Shown here piece after piece: positions 46,596-55,260 of a stretch of DNA of 64,000 nt. Made by a program: the position numbers and the translations under genes. The DNA is from Deltaproteobacteria bacterium (lineage in GTDB: Bacteria; Lernaellota; Lernaellaia; JACKCT01). The notes beneath the pieces are model-generated. The model did no database searches. It was given only the letters and a program-made list of their open reading frames with translations, and was not told the DNA's origin. Where the stretch lies: contig JADLEX010000141.1 in NCBI GenBank assembly GCA_020845895.1, forward strand, positions 3,872 through 67,871, read 5' to 3'. Every line of letters starts with the position of its first letter. Position 1 is the first letter of the stretch.

Positions 46596-47462
46596 TCACG
46601 GCGTTTTCTTCAGGCCGCCCGCGATCGCAAAAACGTAGTCCGTATCGTAGCACCGTACGTACAGGGTTTCGTCCTTGAGAATCAGATACTCGGGGCCCGA
46701 CTTGACCGGGACGCGCGCGCGCACCTTTCCCGAGAGGCGATCGAGGACAAACACATAGTCCGGCTCCGCGGTGAACCCGTATCCGCTGATGATCGCGTCG
46801 CCGACGATCACGAAATTCGTCGCATTGGCGACGAGCGCCGCGGACCGCCAAAGCACCTTGCCGTCCGACAGGTCGATCGCGCTGACATAGGCGTTGAATC
46901 CGCCGGAACTCGACGCGTAGGTGCGGTGGAAGTTCGACACGTACAGAACGTCGTCGGTCGCGACGGCCCAGCGAATCCCCATCCCGACATACGGCGCGTC
47001 GCCCGGTTTGATCTTCGGCGGTTTGGTCCACGCGTGTGCGTCGACGATGGTCTTCGCGACGCCTGTCGTTGCGTCCGCGACGACAACGAATCGACCCCCG
47101 TCCACATCGCCGTAAATCATGCTCATTCCGCCGGGACCGGCGTACGCCTCAATCAGGGTGTACCCTCGAAAGGTCCTCGCGGCGGATCCGATTTGCGCGA
47201 TCGGATGAGACGGCGTTTTACGGTACGGCGAGAGGGCGAGGTCGTTTCTTACAAACCACTCGTCCACGTCCGTGATGTCGTTCTTCGACGAGGAAATCGC
47301 TTTCAGGGTTTTGCCGGCGGGCGCGGACCGCGGCGGCGGCGGAAAGTTGGCGATTTTCAGGACGATCTCTTTGGGATCATCCGCCGCACCCACGTTGGCG
47401 ATCAAAATGAGTCCGAATGCCAGGGCGAGCGCCACGCAACAACTTCGATGACGTCCCGACAA
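46596..47462 (-). CDS. secreted beta-propeller-like hypothetical protein
   Basis: Signal peptide (CCVALALAFGLILIANVGAAD). Repeated beta-strand-rich segments. No family assignment. Confidence 0.55.
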   Translation of the reverse strand: MSGRHRSCCVALALAFGLILIANVGAADDPKEIVLKIANFPPPPRSAPAGKTLKAISSSKNDITDVDEWFVRNDLALSPYRKTPSHPIAQIGSAARTFRGYTLIEAYAGPGGMSMIYGDVDGGRFVVVADATTGVAKTIVDAHAWTKPPKIKPGDAPYVGMGIRWAVATDDVLYVSNFHRTYASSSGGFNAYVSAIDLSDGKVLWRSAALVANATNFVIVGDAIISGYGFTAEPDYVFVLDRLSGKVRARVPVKSGPEYLILKDETLYVRCYDTDYVFAIAGGLKKTP

Positions 47463-47481
47463 GAGTGCCTCCGAAAAGCGG

Positions 47482-48105
47482 CTAACGACTGCGAGGCGCG
47501 TCGGGCAATTCGTTGGTGTCGTCTTCGCGTCGCGGAAAGTCTTTCGCGAGCAGCTCGCCGCAGCGCGCGATCGCGCGAGTGAGACCGTCGGCGAGAGAAC
47601 CGGCGCGTACCCCGGCGAGCACGAGCGCGACGACCTCGTCCCACGTTCCGTCGGGCACCTTGGCGTGAATGCCCTCGTCGGCGAGGACCTCGACGCGGCG
47701 CTCCAGCAGCGAAACGAAGATCAGGATGCCGGTTCGGTCGCGGGTGCGCGACACCCCGTTCTCGACGAACGCCTGAAGCGCGCGTTGGTGCACCTCGGTT
47801 TGGATCACACCCCGACCGACGAGCCGGACGCGAAGGGCTGGGAACAGGCGAGCGATGACGAGGCCCGCGAGGAAACCCGCCGTCACGAGAGCGACCGCGG
47901 CGGTCCAGCCGGTTTCCACGTTGACGATCGCCGCCGCGGCGATCGCCGAGAACAAACCGACGAGGCCCGCGACGAGATCGGCGTGGGGATAGTCGTCCGA
48001 CGCGTCCACGATCACCGGCACGATTTCGCCCGACGTGTGCGATTCGGCCTCGGCCACCGCGCGAGCGATTTTATCCCGATCGGATTCGGACAAACGCGTG
48101 CCCAT
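47482..48105 (-). CDS. TPM-domain (TLP18.3/Psb32/MOLO-1) protein, cytoplasmic-facing paralog
   Basis: 207 aa. TPM_phosphatase-like core (EAESHTSGEIVPVIVD), a TM segment, and an acidic tail. Its ATG overlaps the upstream TPM gene's stop. Confidence 0.7.
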   Translation of the reverse strand: MGTRLSESDRDKIARAVAEAESHTSGEIVPVIVDASDDYPHADLVAGLVGLFSAIAAAAIVNVETGWTAAVALVTAGFLAGLVIARLFPALRVRLVGRGVIQTEVHQRALQAFVENGVSRTRDRTGILIFVSLLERRVEVLADEGIHAKVPDGTWDEVVALVLAGVRAGSLADGLTRAIARCGELLAKDFPRREDDTNELPDAPRSR

Positions 48106-48839
48106 CACCAACTCCCCGACGCGCCGCCGCCGCCGAAACCGCCGCCGCCGCCGCGGAACCCGCCGCCGCCGCCGCGCGATCCGCCGCGCCCGCCGCCCAT
48201 CATGCTGGAGGCCATCATGAACCACAGCATGGAACGGCCCCACGGCGTGGAGATGAGGACGATGAAGATGATCGCCGCGACGATGGACGAAAAAACGGAT
48301 TGTTTCTTCTCGGCGCGGCGATAAGGATTGTCCGACCCCGCGGGCGCAGTATACTCGCCCTTCGTCGCGCGCATCATCGCGTCGAGGCCGCCGGAGATGC
48401 CGCCGTACCAGTTGCCGTCGCGAAACGCGGGCACGATGACGTTGCGGATGATCTGGGACGACTCGGCGTCGGTGAGCGCGCCCTCGAGGCCGTAGCCGAC
48501 CTCGATGCGCACCTTTCGGTCTTTCGGCGCGACGATGAGGATCGCGCCATTGTCCTTGTCGGCCTGGCCGATCTTCCATGCGTCGCCGACGCGGATGCCG
48601 AAGGCGGCGATGTCCTCGCCGTCGAGCGAAGGCACGGTGAGCAACGCGATCTGTGTCGTGGTTTGCCGTTCGAAATCGGCGAGGGCCTGTTCGATCCGAT
48701 CACGCTGCGATCCGTCGAGAATCCCCGCCGTGTCATTCACGCGCCCGGTGAGTTTCGGCACGGGAACGAGCGCGAGTGCCATACCCGCCAAAGCGAGCAC
48801 GGCGACCATTGCGAAGGCGAAATGAATGCGGCGCTTCAC
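48105..48839 (-). CDS. TPM-domain protein (YgcG-like) with signal peptide, TM anchor and Gly/Arg-rich C-terminal tail
   Basis: Signal peptide. TPM core (RVNDTAGILDGSQRDRIEQAL...QIALLTV). TM segment. GGGRGGSRGGGGGFRGGGGGFGGGG tail. Confidence 0.75.
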   Translation of the reverse strand: MKRRIHFAFAMVAVLALAGMALALVPVPKLTGRVNDTAGILDGSQRDRIEQALADFERQTTTQIALLTVPSLDGEDIAAFGIRVGDAWKIGQADKDNGAILIVAPKDRKVRIEVGYGLEGALTDAESSQIIRNVIVPAFRDGNWYGGISGGLDAMMRATKGEYTAPAGSDNPYRRAEKKQSVFSSIVAAIIFIVLISTPWGRSMLWFMMASSMMGGGRGGSRGGGGGFRGGGGGFGGGGASGSW

Positions 48840-48864
48840 GTTCGTTCGCCCCGGCAGGGTTGGA

Positions 48865-49452
48865 TCAGAACTGGACCTTTGGCGCGGTCTGCGCGGCTTC
48901 GCTCGTAACCGCGAAATTCTCTTTCGTCTTCATGCCGATCACTTTGGCCGTGATCGCGCTCGGGAACTGGCGCACCTTCACGTTGAACGTCTTCACCGCC
49001 TCGATGTAGCGGTTGCGCGCCACGGTGATGCGGTTTTCGGTGCCTTCGAGCTGTGCCTGCAGGTCGCGGAAGTTTTCGTTCGCCTTGAGGTCGGGGTAGG
49101 CTTCGGCCACGACCATCAGGCGCGAGAGTGCGCCGCCCAGTTCCGACTGCGCCGACTGGAACTGCGTGAAGAGCTGCGGGTTCGAGAGCATCTCGGGCGT
49201 GACCTTGATCTGACCGACCTTGGCGCGCGCCTCGGTTACCGCCGTTAGAGTTTCGCTTTCGTGCGCGGCATAGCCCTTCACGACGTTGACGAGGTTCGGA
49301 ATGAGGTCGAACCGGCGCTGATACTGGTTTTGCACCTCGCTCCACGCGGCCGTCGTTTCCTCGTCCAGGCTTTGCAGGGCGTTGTATCCGCAGCCGGGTA
49401 GGGCGACGAGCAGCAGCGCGGCGGCGACAAAAGTCCAACGAATTCGCGACAT
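48865..49452 (-). CDS. LemA-family protein
   Basis: Lipoprotein-like N-terminus (LVALPGCGYN). LemA blocks (RRFDLIPNLVNVVKGYAAHE, AEAYPDLKANENF, RNRYIEAVKTFN). Confidence 0.8.
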   Translation of the reverse strand: MSRIRWTFVAAALLLVALPGCGYNALQSLDEETTAAWSEVQNQYQRRFDLIPNLVNVVKGYAAHESETLTAVTEARAKVGQIKVTPEMLSNPQLFTQFQSAQSELGGALSRLMVVAEAYPDLKANENFRDLQAQLEGTENRITVARNRYIEAVKTFNVKVRQFPSAITAKVIGMKTKENFAVTSEAAQTAPKVQF

Positions 49453-49555
49453 GGCGATTCCCCCATCGCCGCCGTGCGTGGCGGCTGGGCACAATTTAAC
49501 CACGAACCGGCAGAGCGCAAGCAGAATCGACGATCCCGATTATGCACGGGTCCCG

Positions 49556-50518
49556 TCAGAACCGCCGCGCGAAATACAGCTCCCCGCCCCGGCTCTCGAA
49601 TCCCGCGCGTTCGAGAATGCGAAACATGCCGGGCGCTTCGATCCGAACGCGCCCGGTCAGCAGTCGAACGCGGCTCTGAAGCGTCTTCACGACGGCCCGT
49701 TCGAGAAATCTCCCGTACCCGGCGGACTGAAGCGCGGGATCGATGAAGGTGTTGCGCTCGAACGTGTAGGAGAGCGCCGTGACGCCTTCGGGAGCAAAAA
49801 AAAACTTGCTCGCGTTGTGGCCGATGGGCACGCCTTTGCGTAGCAGCGTCAGGTTCACATCGGCGAAATCCGTCGTGCAGCAGTTGCGCGTGAGCTCGCC
49901 GACGTACACGCGGCGGCGATCGAGCGGGAGTTCGTCGAGGGTTTGCAGCCAGTGCGTGTCGTGCAGACGGTTCGCCGCTTCAACGAGGATCGGCACGTGA
50001 TCGGGTGTCGTCGGCAGGACCTCGAGTTCGCCGTCGCGAAATCCGGTCGCGGAGGCATCGACGCGCGCCGTATCGCACACCATCTTGGCGCACGCCCAAA
50101 CCACACGCCAGCCGGACTCCTGCAGCGCCGTGATCGCGCTCTTCGCCCGGGCGTCCACGATCGCCGCGCCCCATTCGATGCGCGCGATCGCCATCGACTC
50201 TGTGACCGCCGTCGCGAGGTTCCGCGCGGTCTGAATGTCATCCGCGAGCAGCACTCCGATGCGCCCGTGGCGCAGACCGAAGTACGCATGGTCCCACGCG
50301 GATTCCTTCCACGTCGCCACGCCGAAAACAGTCGCACCGTCCTTCAGCGCCATCAGTTCACCATCGGCGGCGTCATGCGTCATTGCGTTTTCGAGCAAAC
50401 GTGCGTGGTCCTCGCGCGTCCACTCGCGGTGCCAATCCGTTGCGTAATGGGGTCGCTCACGCACGAAGGGACTGAGCACGGACGCGACATCGGACGCGGC
50501 GATCGCTGCGGGTTTCAT
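49556..50518 (-). CDS. acyltransferase-like (GNAT-fold?) protein
   Basis: Approx. 320 aa starting MKPAAIA after GGAGA. The C-terminal region resembles the GNAT acyl-CoA-binding core (GYGRFLERAVV...RILERAGFE). Its start overlaps the GT2 stop (ATGA). Assignment is tentative. Confidence 0.45.
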   Translation of the reverse strand: MKPAAIAASDVASVLSPFVRERPHYATDWHREWTREDHARLLENAMTHDAADGELMALKDGATVFGVATWKESAWDHAYFGLRHGRIGVLLADDIQTARNLATAVTESMAIARIEWGAAIVDARAKSAITALQESGWRVVWACAKMVCDTARVDASATGFRDGELEVLPTTPDHVPILVEAANRLHDTHWLQTLDELPLDRRRVYVGELTRNCCTTDFADVNLTLLRKGVPIGHNASKFFFAPEGVTALSYTFERNTFIDPALQSAGYGRFLERAVVKTLQSRVRLLTGRVRIEAPGMFRILERAGFESRGGELYFARRF

Positions 50519-51264
50519 GGCGTTGTCTCCGAGATCACGATTTCGCGGACGGTGAATCGCGTGGGGTGCCGGTGCGAAGGACGTACTCCGAAGCGCAAGG
50601 CGATGACCGCGCAGACCATCTGGAGAAAAGCACGACCGAGCGCGGCCGGCGAAAATCGCGACACGCCGTATCGCCGGCGAGTGAAATCGATCGCGACCTC
50701 GGCGAGATTGCCTTCGCACAACGTGCGCAAAAAGTGTCCGTGCGAGACGTCGCTGAATGCGCGCAGCGCGAATTCCCGCCGCCAAACCTTGAGCAGGCAG
50801 TGCACATCGTGGATTCGCAATCCGCCCAGCAGCCGCGCAAATGCGTTGATCGCGCGCGACGGCGCCATGCGCCACCAGGGATCGCTCCGCCCGACGCGCC
50901 GCGCGCACACGGCGTCGATGCCGTCGGTGGCGTACGCGATCAACCGATCGATGGCCGCCGGATCGTGTTCGATGTTGATTTCGGTCGTGGCGACGAGCTG
51001 CGTCGTCGCGTGCTCGAAGCCCGCCCGCAGGGCCGTGTGCAGTCCGTGGTTGGCGGCGAGGCGCACCACCTGGGAGTCGGCTCGCTCGCGCACCCAGCCC
51101 GCGAGATGGTCGAATGTCCCGTCATCGCTGCCGTCGTCGACGAAAAGCACGAACGCCCGCCCGCTCCGGCCCGAGCGCCAATCGTCGATTTCACAGAGCG
51201 CGTCGTCGAGGGCATGCGCGCCGTTGAACACCGGAATCACGAGCGTGATATCCGGGTCAGTCAT
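50515..51264 (-). CDS. family 2 glycosyltransferase
   Basis: 249 aa. GT-A N-terminus (LVIPVFNGAHAL), DxD (FVDDGSDDGT), and a typical GT2 acceptor region. Confidence 0.75.
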   Translation of the reverse strand: MTDPDITLVIPVFNGAHALDDALCEIDDWRSGRSGRAFVLFVDDGSDDGTFDHLAGWVRERADSQVVRLAANHGLHTALRAGFEHATTQLVATTEINIEHDPAAIDRLIAYATDGIDAVCARRVGRSDPWWRMAPSRAINAFARLLGGLRIHDVHCLLKVWRREFALRAFSDVSHGHFLRTLCEGNLAEVAIDFTRRRYGVSRFSPAALGRAFLQMVCAVIALRFGVRPSHRHPTRFTVREIVISETTP

Positions 51265-52586
51265 CGCGTTTCGCGCAAGTCGTGATACCGCTGCGCCTTG
51301 CGCTTGCCGGGCACGTTCGCGCGCGCGGCGATCTCCCCCGGCTGCGCGAGGTGCACCTCGGGTGTGAACTGCAACCGGTCGCGAAACGCTCGGATCACGG
51401 CCTCGGTCGCGTCGCGTCCGTCGCCGCGCGGGGCAATCACGACGCGCACATTCGTGCGATGCCATTCGTCGTGGAAGACCTCGAACAGGTAGTCGGCGAC
51501 CTCGGGTGTGGCGAGCAGCAGATTCTCGATGGCGGGCGGATAGAGGCTGACGCCGCCTTTGATCTTCAGCATTTGGTCCGCGCGCCCAAGGATCGGCCCG
51601 AAGCGGTCTGATGTCCTGCCGCACGGGCACGGCGCGCGCATCAGAAACGTGATGTCGTCGATGGCGTAGCGAATGAGCGGCAAACCGCGATAGGCGAGCG
51701 TGGTGACGACGAATCGACCGACCGCGCCGTCCGGCATCGGCGCACCGGAATCGACATCGAGCACCTCGAAGACGTGATCGGAGGCGTGCGTGTGATAGCC
51801 GGTGTGCGCCGCGCACGCCGCGCCCGAAAACCCGAGCTCGGTGTTGCCGTAAACGACGCGTATCTCACGACCGGGCCAGAGGTCTTGAATGCGGCGCCCC
51901 ATCTCGTTGTACGTCAGGTCCGGCGCAAGGATGTTCTCGTTGACGATCAGGAGTTTGCGCACGGGCAACCTGGCCATTCGACCGAGATCGTGTGCCACCT
52001 CGCCGAGCCGGATCGCGAAGCTCGCCGTCGCGAAGACTCCCGTCGCGCCGAGCGCGACCATCGTCTCGATCTGCTCGTGTGTGTCGCCGGGCCCGAAGCG
52101 CAGCGTCCCGGCGCCCGCTGCCTGAAACGCAAGCCAGAAATTCAGCCCCGCGATCCACATCTTCGCGCCGAGCGGCATGGTCATCTGAAAAAGGTCGCCC
52201 GTTTCGACCCCCGCGACACGCAGCAGGTCGGCGCTGCGCGCGGCGAGGCGGTCGAGATCGCCCGCGCAATAACGAAACACCACCGGCGCGCCGGTGGTCC
52301 CGCTGGTGGTGAACACCTCGCGGACCTCACCCGGCGGCACCGTGTTCAGCTCATCCCCGTGTTCGCGCAGGTCGGTTTTGGTGATGAGCGGCAGGCGTTC
52401 GAAATCGTCCCAGGTGCGCAGGTCGCCGGGTTCGAATCCGGCCTCGGTCCAGCGGCGGCGGTAGAGCGGGGCGGCGTTCCACGCGAACTCGATCTGCGCG
52501 CGGATGCGTGCAAACCGGTAACGATCAACCGTTTCGAAATCCCATTCGAGGGCGTCGTGCGGAACCCCGGAATCCGTAAAAGCCAT
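51261..52586 (-). CDS. adenylate-forming enzyme, phenylacetate-CoA ligase (PaaK)/CapK/F390-synthetase-like
   Basis: Approx. 440 aa. AMP-binding motif (FTTSGTTGAPV). PaaK-like N-terminal region (LYRRRWTEAGFEPGDLRTWDDFERLPLITKTDLRE). Overlaps the GT2 start by 4 nt. Confidence 0.75.
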   Translation of the reverse strand: MAFTDSGVPHDALEWDFETVDRYRFARIRAQIEFAWNAAPLYRRRWTEAGFEPGDLRTWDDFERLPLITKTDLREHGDELNTVPPGEVREVFTTSGTTGAPVVFRYCAGDLDRLAARSADLLRVAGVETGDLFQMTMPLGAKMWIAGLNFWLAFQAAGAGTLRFGPGDTHEQIETMVALGATGVFATASFAIRLGEVAHDLGRMARLPVRKLLIVNENILAPDLTYNEMGRRIQDLWPGREIRVVYGNTELGFSGAACAAHTGYHTHASDHVFEVLDVDSGAPMPDGAVGRFVVTTLAYRGLPLIRYAIDDITFLMRAPCPCGRTSDRFGPILGRADQMLKIKGGVSLYPPAIENLLLATPEVADYLFEVFHDEWHRTNVRVVIAPRGDGRDATEAVIRAFRDRLQFTPEVHLAQPGEIAARANVPGKRKAQRYHDLRETR

Positions 52587-52686
52587 GGCGCGCTCGGTTT
52601 GGACTGGAATCAAAGCTTAGATTCACTAGGATGCCAAGACAAGCGAAACACATCCGATCCCCGTCACCCGGCACGGAGATGCCGCG

Positions 52687-54207
52687 TTGTCGCAGGAACT
52701 CGAGACCAAAACCCGTCGCGCCGGTCGACTCTTCGCGCTCGAGTCCGCGCTGTTGATCGCGTATGCGCTGGCGACGGCGGTCTTTGGGCACATGTACGAC
52801 GGCCTGAAGCCGTCGCCGGCCTGGGGGTGGTTCTGGCTCGGCTACGGGGTTCAGTGCGCGGTTCGGTGGGCGGTCGTTTCGCGTTGGTGGGATCGAACTC
52901 GTCCGGGAGCCCGGCTGATATTCACGTTGCTCTTCGCCACCGCCTCCATCGTCGCTGGCGCACAGGCACTCTGGCATGTCTTTCCCGGTTATTTCATCTC
53001 TCTCGCAATTTTATGGGAATTTGTCGTCGTTTGGACGGTTGTTCAGATCGGAATACTTGCGGCGATGCTCGTGGCCATCCGACGCAAACGGCGTGCCTGG
53101 GTCGATCTGCGCATCGCGCTCGTTGCACTGGCCTTCATCGATGCCGCCATTTGGCCGGCCACCATGGCGACGCTTTGGCGACCGCCCGATCCGGTCGAGT
53201 GCGCCGCTTGCGCCGTGCCCGGTGAGGTCGAGCGCATGTCGCCGGTCGCCACGGCAGCCGACCTGTCTTATCCCTTCGCGATTTTGCCGATCCCCGATCG
53301 AAACCTCGTCGCGGCGACGTTCAAAATGGCGGGCAATCTTCTGCTGCGTCCGTGGAACAAGCCCGACGCCAATCGACTGTATCTCTTTGATGTGTCCAAT
53401 CCCGATGCCGTGCGAACGCGCATGATCGCCATGGACGGCGACATGCTGCCGCAGAACATGGCTTACGTGAAAAGCACCGATGAACTGCTCGTCGCGCATA
53501 CCGGATCGGGCAAGCACGCGGTCGAATCGGTTCGCTTGCGCGATTTCGAGGGCGCTTATCGTTCGAGGCGCGTGCCGCTCGACTACGAACCGCACAGCCT
53601 CGTGGTGGACCCCGACGAGCAGTGGTTCTCGGTTGTCGGCATGGACGCGGTGGGTCGACTCGCGCTGTGGAGCCTGCGCGACTTCGGCCGATTCGGCGAG
53701 CGCGACGTGCGAGTCGGCGCCGCGAATATCGTCGGTGTATGGCAGTCGCCCGGTTCGGCGCGGTCCTATTGGGCGGGGATCCCGTTCCGGCTCATCGAGT
53801 ACGACCTCGCGACGGGCAGCGTCCGCACCACGGGCGTGCCGTTCGCGCTCGGGTATCTCGAGGCCGACGCTCGGCGTCTCTACAGCACCGACGTGGCCTT
53901 TCGCGGGCTCTACGTCGTCGATCTATCGACGTTCACGATGGAGCGACGCGTGCCGCTGCCGTTCACGCCCCGGGCTCTTGCGCTCATGCCGGGGACGGGC
54001 CTGATCGCCCTCGGCGACTGGATGAACGGCGACGTGTGGTTCTACCGGCTCGCCACCTGGGAACCCGTGGGCACGCCGATCCGCGTGGGACCCTACCTGC
54101 GCGCGCTGGCGTGGGACGCGGCTAGCGGAGAGTTATGGGCCGGGTCGAAGTGCGGGGTTTTTCGCATCCGCGCGGAGCGAATCCGGCAAATCGTCGGCGG
54201 CCCCTGA
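52687..54207 (+). CDS. hypothetical membrane protein with C-terminal beta-propeller-like domain
   Basis: 506 aa. Approx. 5 N-terminal TM segments, then a repeat-containing soluble domain. The ORF-track start is a TTG. No family assignment. Confidence 0.45.
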   Translation: MSQELETKTRRAGRLFALESALLIAYALATAVFGHMYDGLKPSPAWGWFWLGYGVQCAVRWAVVSRWWDRTRPGARLIFTLLFATASIVAGAQALWHVFPGYFISLAILWEFVVVWTVVQIGILAAMLVAIRRKRRAWVDLRIALVALAFIDAAIWPATMATLWRPPDPVECAACAVPGEVERMSPVATAADLSYPFAILPIPDRNLVAATFKMAGNLLLRPWNKPDANRLYLFDVSNPDAVRTRMIAMDGDMLPQNMAYVKSTDELLVAHTGSGKHAVESVRLRDFEGAYRSRRVPLDYEPHSLVVDPDEQWFSVVGMDAVGRLALWSLRDFGRFGERDVRVGAANIVGVWQSPGSARSYWAGIPFRLIEYDLATGSVRTTGVPFALGYLEADARRLYSTDVAFRGLYVVDLSTFTMERRVPLPFTPRALALMPGTGLIALGDWMNGDVWFYRLATWEPVGTPIRVGPYLRALAWDAASGELWAGSKCGVFRIRAERIRQIVGGP

Positions 54208-54242
54208 GATGGTGTTACGCGTTTCCGCCCCCAAAAGCGGGC

Positions 54243-54266
54243 CCCGAAGGTTTGCACCTTCGGGGT
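54243..54266. terminator. perfect 10-bp GC-rich hairpin between convergent genes
   Basis: CCCCGAAGGT-ttgc-ACCTTCGGGG lies 36 nt after the plus-strand gene's stop and 76 nt after the minus-strand gene's stop. A second hairpin (AATGGGTT...AACCCATT) follows at approx. 54301-54323. Confidence 0.5.
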
Positions 54267-54341
54267 GGTGGGGCGGCTTCGGGCAGGAGGCGTCGGTGAG
54301 GACGCCCTTTAATGGGTTGGGCAGTAACCCATTGGAGGCAA

Positions 54342-54758
54342 TCAGGGGTTCGCGTGCGCGGCGAGCATCTTGAAGATGTCGTTGGCCGACCGCGCATAGC
54401 CGAGGGATGCTTTGAATTCCTCGTTCATGAAGCATTCCCACGCCTTGTCGAGGACGTTGTTCGCGTTCTGGAACCACTCGTAGGAGGTCAGAACGGTTCC
54501 GTTGAACTTGATTCGTTCGTCGCCGTAGTACTCCGCCGGCGACCACGTGCCGTTGACGTAGGTGTCCGAGAACATCGACGCCGTACGCTTCTGCACCAAG
54601 CTCACGCGGTCGAGCACCGCTTCGGCGAGGTTCATGAGCTGCGTGACGCTCACGGCGGGGACGGTGACGTCGTTGACTCGCGGCGGATCGGCGCTCGCGA
54701 AGGTAGGGGTCAGAATGGCGACGGTCAGGGCCACGACACTCAGCGCTTTCTTCAACAT
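54342..54758 (-). CDS. small secreted hypothetical protein
   Basis: Starts MLKKALSVVALTVAILTPTFASA (signal peptide) after a GGAGG RBS. The approx. 115-aa mature domain has no family assignment. Confidence 0.5.
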   Translation of the reverse strand: MLKKALSVVALTVAILTPTFASADPPRVNDVTVPAVSVTQLMNLAEAVLDRVSLVQKRTASMFSDTYVNGTWSPAEYYGDERIKFNGTVLTSYEWFQNANNVLDKAWECFMNEEFKASLGYARSANDIFKMLAAHANP

Positions 54759-55260
54759 CGGCGGTTCCTCCCTGGATCCCATTTCAGCTTCTCAACAGCA
54801 CCAGTTCGCTTCGACGTCCGTATCCCTTCGCAACCGCCGTGCCAAAACGCGAGGATCTGAAGAGCTTCATTTTATTTCAATAAATTCAGATAGTTATGCA
54901 GTGATTCGGCAGCCGCTGGCCGCGCCGAGGTGGGCGATGGCCTTGGCGCCTCCGGTAAATTCGTAAAGTCGGATTACGCCACGTCAACCCACGTCGAGGT
55001 CGAAAATGGTCGCGTTGAGGCGCATTCCAGGCGACGGGGACGCATTTTTGACCCACATTGTCGTCACGCACCGCGTCATGCTATAAATCGCGACTCATCG
55101 GGTGGCGTGAAACGCGCGAATGGCGCACGGAGCTTCTCCGGGCGGCCGCTCGAACCGAATCAGCTTCATCCGGCCCGGTTTCGGCGTCCGCGCGGCGACG
55201 ACGTGGTGGCGTATTATCCGGTCGGCACCGCTCCCGCGTTCAGCCGCGGGGGAGTGGAAA

